Positions 25,778 to 34,417 of a stretch of DNA of 64,000 bases are shown here, one piece after another (the stretch's first letter is position 1; each line of letters starts with the position of its first letter). The translations under genes and the position numbers were made by a program. Origin of the DNA: a virus (taxonomy: Duplodnaviria > Caudoviricetes); IMG/VR virus record IMGVR_UViG_3300033066_002255. The stretch is one strand, 5' to 3'. The notes beneath the pieces are model-generated. The model was not told the DNA's origin. It did not search any database and saw only the letters and a program-made list of their open reading frames with translations.

Positions 25778-27490
25778 TTAACTTAATTCTACAGATTTTG
25801 TAACTCCATTAACTCTTAAGTTAAGGAAAACTCCAGTAATTCCAGATGTAGCCCATAAATCTCCATTAGACAAAGGACTTGGGTCAACAAAGAAAATAGG
25901 CACATTAATAGGAGCAAGTGTAGTTGTATTTAAATTAATTGTACTTGCTGTTACTCCACTTTGAATAATAGCATTTGGCATATAAACAGTATCATCAGCA
26001 GTTCCATTAATTGAACCGCCTCCAATAATAGCGGAATTTCTTCCTGATACTGTATGTCCTGTTCCTGCTAAAACTGAAGATGCTTTACCAGAAGCTGTAT
26101 TGTTTAAACCATTTAAAACAGAAGATTGTGCTCCTCTTGCAATATTACTATACCCTCCAAGAACAGATGAGTGTCCTCCTGACGCTAAATTATGAAAACC
26201 GCCAACTACAAGGTCAAAACCTGTAGTTGCAGAATTTCTATAACCACCTCCAATAAAAGTATTTGCACCAATTGCATAATTATTTCCACCACCTGCTATT
26301 GTTGAGTGATAACCATAAGCTATATTATAATGACCACCACCAATAGAAGAACCGTAATTGCTTGCTTTATTAGATAAACCACCCGAAATTGTAACAGTTG
26401 AACCAAGCCCAATAAAATTGTTATTACCACCACCTATTACAGAAGTATTGCCAGAATTTATATTTGCAACACCACCAACAACTATAGAATTTACATATTT
26501 AACTTTGTTATTATAACCACCACCAATAAATGAATTATTGCTGTATGTCTTGTTATAATGACCTCCAACAACTGTTGAAAAATTACCAGAAGCAATATTT
26601 CCTTTTCCACCTCCAATAAAAGATGCAGAATAATAGTCTCCACCTGCAAAATTGTTTTGCCCACCGACAACTACAGAAGATGAACCATAAGCTCCATCTA
26701 TTGCAATATTATTTGAACCACCACCAATAAAAGAAGCAGAACCATTTGAATAAGTATTTCCACTTACTATATTATACTTACCTCCAACAATAGTTGAAAA
26801 ATTTGTTGTTGCAGAATTAAATAAACCACTAATTATGGAAGTATAATTTCCATTAGCTAAATTTCTACTTCCATTACCAATAAAAGAATAATTCCCACTA
26901 GCCAAATTTTGTTTACCTCCAAGAATTGAAGAATATAAAGTTGTTGCAGAATTTTGTTTACCAACAACTAACGAGTAATTTCCACTTGCTAAGTTTCCGC
27001 TCCCATTATTTGCAATAATAGAACTTATTCCAGAACTACCAGTCCAGCCAGAAAATCCTCCACCGCTTCCAGTACCTCCAGAAAACATATTTAAAATAGT
27101 TTGAAGTGGAGTTGAACCTGAATAAAAAGTAGTAGCTGTAAAACTTTGAGTAACAAGAGTATCACCTGTAATTGTTCCACCAGAAAGAGATAAAAACCCT
27201 GAATTTCCACTTAAACTTGAAGTAGCAGCAGAAGAAATAAATAACTTCCAATCAGAATTGGTAAATGTCCAAGGACCTTGAAGAAGTTGCCAAATATTTT
27301 TATCATCTTGTGTATACACAAGCATTCCCTCTCTTCTTCTTTCTAAAGTAATAGTATTTCTTGCTGTTATAGCAGAGACACTTCTATAACCATCTATACC
27401 AAAAATAGCATCTGTTACTGCATAGGTATCATTACTATCAGTTGGGCCTATAAAGCCAGTTACGGGTATTGCGCCAGGTATTGTGCTCAT
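25778..27490 (-). CDS. Tail fibre/adhesin-like protein with ~15-aa GG..N.A.G..S repeats (beta-solenoid)
   Basis: About 20 repeats; N-terminal domain shared with the next two genes. Confidence 0.75.
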   Translation of the reverse strand: MSTIPGAIPVTGFIGPTDSNDTYAVTDAIFGIDGYRSVSAITARNTITLERRREGMLVYTQDDKNIWQLLQGPWTFTNSDWKLFISSAATSSLSGNSGFLSLSGGTITGDTLVTQSFTATTFYSGSTPLQTILNMFSGGTGSGGGFSGWTGSSGISSIIANNGSGNLASGNYSLVVGKQNSATTLYSSILGGKQNLASGNYSFIGNGSRNLANGNYTSIISGLFNSATTNFSTIVGGKYNIVSGNTYSNGSASFIGGGSNNIAIDGAYGSSSVVVGGQNNFAGGDYYSASFIGGGKGNIASGNFSTVVGGHYNKTYSNNSFIGGGYNNKVKYVNSIVVGGVANINSGNTSVIGGGNNNFIGLGSTVTISGGLSNKASNYGSSIGGGHYNIAYGYHSTIAGGGNNYAIGANTFIGGGYRNSATTGFDLVVGGFHNLASGGHSSVLGGYSNIARGAQSSVLNGLNNTASGKASSVLAGTGHTVSGRNSAIIGGGSINGTADDTVYMPNAIIQSGVTASTINLNTTTLAPINVPIFFVDPSPLSNGDLWATSGITGVFLNLRVNGVTKSVELS

Positions 27491-27509
27491 TTTTTATTAT
27501 ATAAATAGT

Positions 27510-28886
27510 TTAAGATACTGTAATTGTTATATTTCCATTTAATAAATTTCTGGTCCTATAAACTCTATAATTTAAAGTTATACCAAATTGATTAGTAACA
27601 GGAACTGTTCCATATGAATAACTACCAGATGTTCCACTAAAAAATGAATCATCTGAAGCAGTTGCCATAGATACTGCTAGTTGAGTATTTTGGTCTCTAA
27701 ATAAAGTTGGATGTGAAAAAGTAGATGGAATGAAAAAATATTTATATCCAGCTCCTACAAAAGAATAAGTGCCAGCCATTGTCGTTGTCAATGCTCCTGA
27801 ACCACTAAAGGCGTTAACTCCAGATGAAGTAGTAATTGTTGTTGCAGTACTTACACCAAACATTCGTCTCCAATACCAAACTACAGAAAAAGAACTATTA
27901 AATGTTGAGTTATTTGTTCTTGTTCCATAAATAGACCACTGATGTGAAGCTTGAGAAACTTTTTGTATATTTGATATAGAGATTGCTTCTACTCCATCAT
28001 TTGTCATACCTGAAGTAGGTGATGATATAATAGTATTACCGCCAGTTACATTATAAATTTTAATTGTATTTGGTTTTACATAAGAACTATTAGAAGTTGC
28101 CCACGTAAATACTCTTGTGCCACCACAAACAGAATTCCCAACTTCAAGAGTTTGAGTTTGAGTAGAAGCACTAGATGGAGTTGCTCTTAACAAAAAGGAA
28201 GTAAATGTTGGCAACAATGTCGGATAAAACATTGTATCAAATATTTGTGAATATGGAGTAGCGCTAAACGTAGTTCCAGCAACTACACCTCCAACAGTTG
28301 TAGTTGTAGGTAATAAATTAGTATATGTATTTGGAACAGTAGATGTAGGATTTGAATCATAGAATTGCATTTGAGTTCCATCATATGTTAAATAATATGT
28401 AACTCCAGATTGTATATCACCTGCATCAACATAGGTTAATCCACTATCTGTACCTTTTAAAATATCTAAAACTCCTAAACTATCAATATTAATAGTAGAA
28501 GCTGTCGTATTATCAGCATTAAAAGTGGTTAAATAAATTGTTCCAACTGTGTATGCAGTTATTGAAGGAGTTGCAGTTCCTGTATAATTATTAACACCAG
28601 TAGTAGTTACAGATATTGTTGTTGAAACTGGAGTAGATAAATTAAGATTAACCCAATCTGAATTTGTAAGACCACTCAATATTTGGTAATATTGTCCATC
28701 TTCTTTTACATAAACAAGCATTCCTTCTTCTCGTCTTTGAGAAGTTATTGCATCTCTGTCTACTAAAGTATCGACAGTACGAAGACCTCCCAAGCCATAT
28801 ATTGGTTTGAAAACTGGAAAAGCATCTGTGCTATCATTAGGCGATATAAATCCTGTTAAACGAACGCCACCTGGTATTATACTCAT
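27510..28886 (-). CDS. Virion fibre/appendage protein
   Basis: Shared N-terminal RREEGMLVYV domain; Thr/Ser-rich. Confidence 0.72.
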   Translation of the reverse strand: MSIIPGGVRLTGFISPNDSTDAFPVFKPIYGLGGLRTVDTLVDRDAITSQRREEGMLVYVKEDGQYYQILSGLTNSDWVNLNLSTPVSTTISVTTTGVNNYTGTATPSITAYTVGTIYLTTFNADNTTASTINIDSLGVLDILKGTDSGLTYVDAGDIQSGVTYYLTYDGTQMQFYDSNPTSTVPNTYTNLLPTTTTVGGVVAGTTFSATPYSQIFDTMFYPTLLPTFTSFLLRATPSSASTQTQTLEVGNSVCGGTRVFTWATSNSSYVKPNTIKIYNVTGGNTIISSPTSGMTNDGVEAISISNIQKVSQASHQWSIYGTRTNNSTFNSSFSVVWYWRRMFGVSTATTITTSSGVNAFSGSGALTTTMAGTYSFVGAGYKYFFIPSTFSHPTLFRDQNTQLAVSMATASDDSFFSGTSGSYSYGTVPVTNQFGITLNYRVYRTRNLLNGNITITVS

Positions 28887-28898
28887 ATAAATTATTTT

Positions 28899-30224
28899 TT
28901 AAGGGCACAACCACGCAGTAATTGCGCCAGCTGTTGGGTTAGTAAATCTGTAAACTGTATAATTAATTGTTACTCCGTATGCATTTACAACAGCAACTGT
29001 TCCTTGAACAGAATAAGGGTGATTTGTTCCAAAACAACCTCCTGTACTATCTCTAAAATCACTTGGTTGTGCAATAGTATTAGGTATAGCAAAATAAACA
29101 TAATCAGAGCCTGAACTTGCCCCTATTGTATAATAGGTATTTGTCACGCTTGAAACTAATGCTGTATTTGATAAGGTTATTAATTCTGAAGCGTTAATAG
29201 AGCTACCACTAAATTTACCATAATACCATCTTGGTCTCCAACTTCTTGAAATTGTAGAACTTATTTGAGAGCCATGAGTATTATACGCATTAATTGTATA
29301 AAGCGTTGTTGTTGTTGATGTACCTGCTGAATAAGTATCTACTAATGTTGTTGCAGTAGTTAATATATTTGAAGAAGGTCCATATAATGTTTTTGTTGGT
29401 GAAAAATTTTGAATAATACTTACAGTTCCTGCTGAAACATTTGGTGAATTATTAATAGCCCATGTAAAAGTTTGAGAACCTATTAAAATAGTTTGTCCCA
29501 ATTCATATGTAGAACTTAAATTTCCTCTTGAGAAAGAAGAAAAAGAAGGTGTTTGATAAGGGTATAAAAGAGCATCAAACATTTCTTGCATAGTCTGTGC
29601 GCTAAATGTAGAGCCAGCAGGTATCCCTCCAAGAGCTGCTGTAGTGGGAGCTGGATTAGTATATGTATTTGGAACTGCAGGTGCTGGATTAGAAGTAAAC
29701 ATTTGCATGTTAGTTCCATCATATGTTAAAAAATATGTTAGTCCAGTTTGAATATCTCCTGCATCTAAATCTGTTAAACCACTTAAAGTAGCTTTATATA
29801 TTGTTATTGTACTTAAACCATCAACATTAATGGTAGAAGATGCTGTATTTGGATTCGCAAAAGTAGTTAAATAAATAACTCCTGTTGAATATCCAGTTAT
29901 TGAAGGAGTAGAAGTTCCTGTATAATTATTAACTCCTACTGCATCAACAGCAAAAGTATTATGTACGGCAGCTGTAAGATTAAGATTAACCCAATCTGAA
30001 TTCGTAAGACCACTCAGCATTTGATAATATTGAGCATCCTCTTTTACGTAAACAAGCATTCCTTCTTCTCTACGGTCAGAAGTTATTGCATCTCTTACTG
30101 CAATAGAATCAACAGTTCTTAAGCTACCAAGTCCATAAAATGGATTTGTTACTGCATATGTATCTAAACTATCATTCGGTGATATAAATCCACCTACTCT
30201 AACACCACCAGGTATTGTACTCAT
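28899..30224 (-). CDS. Virion fibre/appendage protein (paralogue of 27510-28886)
   Basis: Shared N-terminal domain; C-terminal module shared with 30237-32033. Confidence 0.72.
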   Translation of the reverse strand: MSTIPGGVRVGGFISPNDSLDTYAVTNPFYGLGSLRTVDSIAVRDAITSDRREEGMLVYVKEDAQYYQMLSGLTNSDWVNLNLTAAVHNTFAVDAVGVNNYTGTSTPSITGYSTGVIYLTTFANPNTASSTINVDGLSTITIYKATLSGLTDLDAGDIQTGLTYFLTYDGTNMQMFTSNPAPAVPNTYTNPAPTTAALGGIPAGSTFSAQTMQEMFDALLYPYQTPSFSSFSRGNLSSTYELGQTILIGSQTFTWAINNSPNVSAGTVSIIQNFSPTKTLYGPSSNILTTATTLVDTYSAGTSTTTTLYTINAYNTHGSQISSTISRSWRPRWYYGKFSGSSINASELITLSNTALVSSVTNTYYTIGASSGSDYVYFAIPNTIAQPSDFRDSTGGCFGTNHPYSVQGTVAVVNAYGVTINYTVYRFTNPTAGAITAWLCP

Positions 30225-30236
30225 TTTTATTAATTT

Positions 30237-32033
30237 TTAAGGACATAACCACGCATTTAATGCGCCAGCTGTCGAATTTGTAAATCTATAAACTGTATAT
30301 GTAATTGGACCTACAATTACACTACCTTGAACTATAAATGGCCAGTTGAATCCTACACATCCTCCTGTACTATCTCTAAAGTCAGTAGGTTGAGAGAATG
30401 TATTTGGAATAGCGAAATAAACATATTGAGGTACGACAGATGATGGTACATTGTAAAATGTAGATACTACATCATTAGTAAATATACTCTGAGACAATGA
30501 AACAAGTTCTGAAGCATTAATAGAACTACCGCTAAATTTACCATAATAGAAAAATGCACTTCCATTATTATTAACTGTAATCATAGAATCTACTGGAGGT
30601 TTTGCTGTAGGTATAACTCCTATAGTTTTAAACTTAATAGATTCTGGCAATGTTCTAATAGTACCAAGCTCACTAATTCTCGTTTGTATTTCATAAGTTT
30701 GATTTTTTAAAAGCCAACTTGTATCTAAAACTAAATAATTAGATGGGCATTTATTTAAAACAGCCATATTAAATGAAGTCCAAGGAATAAGCTCATCTTG
30801 GTTGTTCATTATTAATCTATATTGTAAATCATAATTTGTTTTAGGTACATTAGTAGAGAAATTAACTCTTAAATCTCCAAAAACTCTAATTACATTATCT
30901 ACTCCAAGTGTAGAATTATTATCTAAACCATATGTGGTTAAAGAATAGTTGTTTACATGTGGAGTATTTGTAAAATAATAATTATCTTGTATTGTAAATG
31001 TTTGAATATAATTTTGCTGGTCATAACCAGGACTAAAGGTAACTCCACACCACACATCTTTATATTGTTGTCCTTTTGTAGCTCCACTCATCCATACATC
31101 TATGTAATATACTCCTTTTTCTAGTTGAGTAGGAGTAAGGCCTGTATAAACATTTAATCCTCCAACTGTTTGTATAGACACACTAGATGCTGAATAAAAA
31201 TTAACAGGATTATGACCGCTGAATGTATATAAAAATAAGCGACATGGCCTATTGTTAGTTACATCTAGTCTGTCATCTTTTATAGTTTGATTGTATGTAA
31301 CTTCAATATATGGCTTAAACGCTGTATTCGTATGATTTGTAAAAAAAGAAGAAATATATCTTGTGTTTGTACTTAATATTTCGAAATCTCTACTGTAAGC
31401 TACTCCCAATCCATTATTAATAGAGCCACCACTGAGCCAATCATTTACTAAGTTGGTAATATCCATATCTATATTTTCACTACCAAGGTCAAAATGTTGA
31501 GTAGAATACATAGTAACAGCAGTAGAAGCAGTAGGATTAACAAAAACCCCTGGTTCATCCCAAGTAGATATTGTAGTGGCAGAAATCCAATTAGAATATC
31601 CTGTAGTTTGAGCATTTCCTTGTTGTCTTACTAAATAAAATTCTTTTGATAAATCATATCCTCTACCTTCATCCCAATCTTTATTAATTGGAAAACAAAT
31701 TAAATCAAAAGATGCAGCAATCTGTTTATCTAAAACATCAAATTCATATTCTGGTTCTAAGATTTTTTCCTTAGGAATAGAATTTGTCATTTTAAGTCTA
31801 TAAGAAGATATAAGATTCTGATTAATTTCTTTAGACTGTATTTTTTGCTGTAAATCAGTTAAATCAAATTTTATTAAAAATCTACTTATAGAATTTCTTT
31901 TTTCTAATGCTGAATCGCCTCCTCCACCTCCATACCAAAGGTCAGTAACGGCATTTTGGCCAGAATTGAACACTTGGTAAACACCAGATGCAATTGTGTT
32001 ACTTTTTTCAGCATATATTCTCAATTTTCCCAT
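30237..32033 (-). CDS. Virion structural protein, DNRLRE/CBM96-like N-terminal domain plus duplicated C-terminal module
   Basis: SRFLIKFDL, WDEG, DITNLVNDW, N.G, FF...KPYIEV. Confidence 0.65.
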   Translation of the reverse strand: MGKLRIYAEKSNTIASGVYQVFNSGQNAVTDLWYGGGGGDSALEKRNSISRFLIKFDLTDLQQKIQSKEINQNLISSYRLKMTNSIPKEKILEPEYEFDVLDKQIAASFDLICFPINKDWDEGRGYDLSKEFYLVRQQGNAQTTGYSNWISATTISTWDEPGVFVNPTASTAVTMYSTQHFDLGSENIDMDITNLVNDWLSGGSINNGLGVAYSRDFEILSTNTRYISSFFTNHTNTAFKPYIEVTYNQTIKDDRLDVTNNRPCRLFLYTFSGHNPVNFYSASSVSIQTVGGLNVYTGLTPTQLEKGVYYIDVWMSGATKGQQYKDVWCGVTFSPGYDQQNYIQTFTIQDNYYFTNTPHVNNYSLTTYGLDNNSTLGVDNVIRVFGDLRVNFSTNVPKTNYDLQYRLIMNNQDELIPWTSFNMAVLNKCPSNYLVLDTSWLLKNQTYEIQTRISELGTIRTLPESIKFKTIGVIPTAKPPVDSMITVNNNGSAFFYYGKFSGSSINASELVSLSQSIFTNDVVSTFYNVPSSVVPQYVYFAIPNTFSQPTDFRDSTGGCVGFNWPFIVQGSVIVGPITYTVYRFTNSTAGALNAWLCP

Positions 32034-32046
32034 TACAAATTTTTAT

Positions 32047-32117
32047 TATAAATAGGTTGTGATATTATTTTTTTGCCATAAACAAGGCTCTTTATTTTTT
32101 TTGGTGCTCTATTTATA
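32047..32117. promoter_or_regulatory. Divergent pair of putative late-promoter motifs (TATTTATA)
   Basis: 32047-32054 (-) and 32110-32117 (+), 13 and 17 nt before structural-gene ATGs. Confidence 0.6.
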
Positions 32118-32134
32118 TTTTAAAGATATTAATT

Positions 32135-32521
32135 ATGGCTATAGGTATAAAATTTCCATTTCAAGAAAGTTTTGAGGGGGGTGTTTATAGATTTACAAAA
32201 ACTACTCCTGAAAAAGTCAGGACTAACCTCATTGCTTTGCTTACTCTAAAAAGAAAACAAAGACCAATGAGAAATAACTTATATTCTCCTCTGTGGGATT
32301 ATATTTTTGAACCATGGGATGAAATTAGTGCAGATAAACTTAAAGGTGCATTATTAGAGAAAATAGAAATGTTTATGCCAGAAATTACTGTTGAAGATAT
32401 TGTTTTTAACTTTGATGAAAGCACAAGCGTTCTTACTACTAAAGTTATATACTCAATAATAGAATTAGCTGGAGCAACTGATTTTATTGAAATAGATGTT
32501 CAAATTCAAAACGAAGATTAA
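32135..32521 (+). CDS. Baseplate wedge subunit, gp25/GPW-like
   Basis: GIKFPF, VRTNLIALLT...QRPM, YIFEP; precedes baseplate J. Confidence 0.8.
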   Translation: MAIGIKFPFQESFEGGVYRFTKTTPEKVRTNLIALLTLKRKQRPMRNNLYSPLWDYIFEPWDEISADKLKGALLEKIEMFMPEITVEDIVFNFDESTSVLTTKVIYSIIELAGATDFIEIDVQIQNED

Positions 32522-32528
32522 TTAGAAA

Positions 32529-34388
32529 ATGCCTACACAAAACATACAAGTAAACTATTTAAGCAGAGATTTCGCTTCAATTAGACAAGATTTAATCAAT
32601 TATCTTAGAGCTTTTTTTCCAGAGCAATGGCAAGATTTTAACGTTGCATCGCCAGGTATGGCTCTTTTAGAGTTAAATGCCTATGTGGGAGACCTTTTGT
32701 CTTTCGTTGCAGATAAAAAATTTAATGAATTATTTTTAGATGGTATTTCAGAAAGAAAATCTGCATATAGATTAGCTAAAACTTTTGGATATCAAGTGCC
32801 TGGTGTAAGACCTTCTCTTACAATTGCTGATATTACAATTGAAGTACCTGTAACTGCCGATGGTCCTGATGCTTCTTATTTACCTATTTTTAGACCTGGA
32901 CTTCAATTAAAAGGTGCTGGGCAAGTTTTTGAAACTACTCAAGAAATAGATTTTTCAAGAGACTTTAGTGAAGATGGTAAATCTAATAGAATTATACAGC
33001 CAATTTTAAATGGAAATCAAGACCTTATAAAATATCGTATTATTAAACGTGAAAAAATTAAGGCAGGTGCTACAAAAATTTTTAAGAGAGAAGTTACAGC
33101 CGATGAATCTGGGCCATTTTATCAATTAACATTGCCAGAAACAAATGTATTAGAAATTATGAGTATTATTATTATGCCTTCTTTAGGAATAAGTAGAACT
33201 CCTACATTTCAAGAATTTAATGATTTTAATATGAAATATTGGGAAGTAGATTTTTTACCTACTGATAAAATTTTCATGGCAGATACAACTACTCCAACAA
33301 CTGACGGATTAAGAGTAGGAGCTTATGTAGAAGTTGAAAAAAGATTTATTAAAGAATTTTTAACAGATGGCTCATGTAGAATAACATTTGGAGGAGGAAC
33401 TGGTGATTACAATGCCTACTCAGAGTTTTTTGATAATTTAACAGCAGATAAATGTCCTTCTAATTTAATTGATATATCTAAAATTTTAAACAATACTGCT
33501 TTAGGTGTAACTGTACCACCAAATTCTACTATTTTTGTAAAATACAGAATAGGCGGAGGAACATTAAGTAATGTAGGAGCAAATACGGTCCAAGAAGTAT
33601 CTAACATAGACGCTATTATAAATGGCTCAGATGCTACAATTAATCAAAGAGTTTTAGCATCTACAAGAGCTAACAATCCAGCTCCTGCAATTGGAGGTGT
33701 TGGTCTTCCATCTATAGAAGAAATAAGACATAATATAGCTGCTAATTTTGCATCTCAATTAAGATGTGTTACTTTAGAAGATTATATTTCAAGAGCATAT
33801 CAAATGCCTGGTAAATTTGGAGCTCCTTTTAAAATTCATGGAGAAGTTCAAGATAATAAAGTTAAGCTTTATATATTAACAAGAGCTGGAGACGGAACAT
33901 TAATTGCTAATTCAACAAGTGAAATAAAAAATAATTTAGCAAGTTTTTTAGTTCCATATAGAATGATTAATGATTATATTGAAATAAATGATGGTAAAGT
34001 AGTCAATCTTCAAATTGAGGCAGATTTATTTGTAAATAAAGATTATAATGTTAATGAGATAAAATCTAATGCAATAAGTGTAATTAATGATTTTTTAAGT
34101 ATAGATAGATGGGAAATGAATCAAAATATTTATGTTTCTCAAATTACAGATAAATTAAGAGATGTTCCTGGAGTAATAAATGTTGTTGAAATTAGATTTT
34201 ACAACATGGAAGCTGGAGGGTATTCTAATACTCTTATTTCTCAAGCAACTGGAGTAAGAAATATAATACCTGAAACAGGAGGTTTTAGAACTCAAATAGA
34301 TTATATAGATAATACAATTTTTGGAACTCCACTATCTATGTTTGAAGTAAAATACCCAGCTAAAGATGTGAAAATTAGAGTTGCATAA
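32529..34388 (+). CDS. Baseplate wedge protein (T4 gp6 / baseplate J-like)
   Basis: Y.SRDFASIRQDL, AYVGDLLSF, A.GG, FASQLRCVTLEDY. Confidence 0.88.
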   Translation: MPTQNIQVNYLSRDFASIRQDLINYLRAFFPEQWQDFNVASPGMALLELNAYVGDLLSFVADKKFNELFLDGISERKSAYRLAKTFGYQVPGVRPSLTIADITIEVPVTADGPDASYLPIFRPGLQLKGAGQVFETTQEIDFSRDFSEDGKSNRIIQPILNGNQDLIKYRIIKREKIKAGATKIFKREVTADESGPFYQLTLPETNVLEIMSIIIMPSLGISRTPTFQEFNDFNMKYWEVDFLPTDKIFMADTTTPTTDGLRVGAYVEVEKRFIKEFLTDGSCRITFGGGTGDYNAYSEFFDNLTADKCPSNLIDISKILNNTALGVTVPPNSTIFVKYRIGGGTLSNVGANTVQEVSNIDAIINGSDATINQRVLASTRANNPAPAIGGVGLPSIEEIRHNIAANFASQLRCVTLEDYISRAYQMPGKFGAPFKIHGEVQDNKVKLYILTRAGDGTLIANSTSEIKNNLASFLVPYRMINDYIEINDGKVVNLQIEADLFVNKDYNVNEIKSNAISVINDFLSIDRWEMNQNIYVSQITDKLRDVPGVINVVEIRFYNMEAGGYSNTLISQATGVRNIIPETGGFRTQIDYIDNTIFGTPLSMFEVKYPAKDVKIRVA

Positions 34389-34417
34389 AATGAAAAATTT
34401 TATTTTAAAAAATAAAA

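Noticed and set aside
25778-27490. Bacterial autotransporter or ice-nucleation protein
   Set aside because: No signal peptide or beta-barrel; it shares its N-terminal domain with neighbouring virion genes.
28899-30560. Diversity-generating retroelement TR/VR pair
   Set aside because: Differences include synonymous C/T changes and indels rather than adenine-only substitutions, both copies are coding, and there is no reverse transcriptase in the window.
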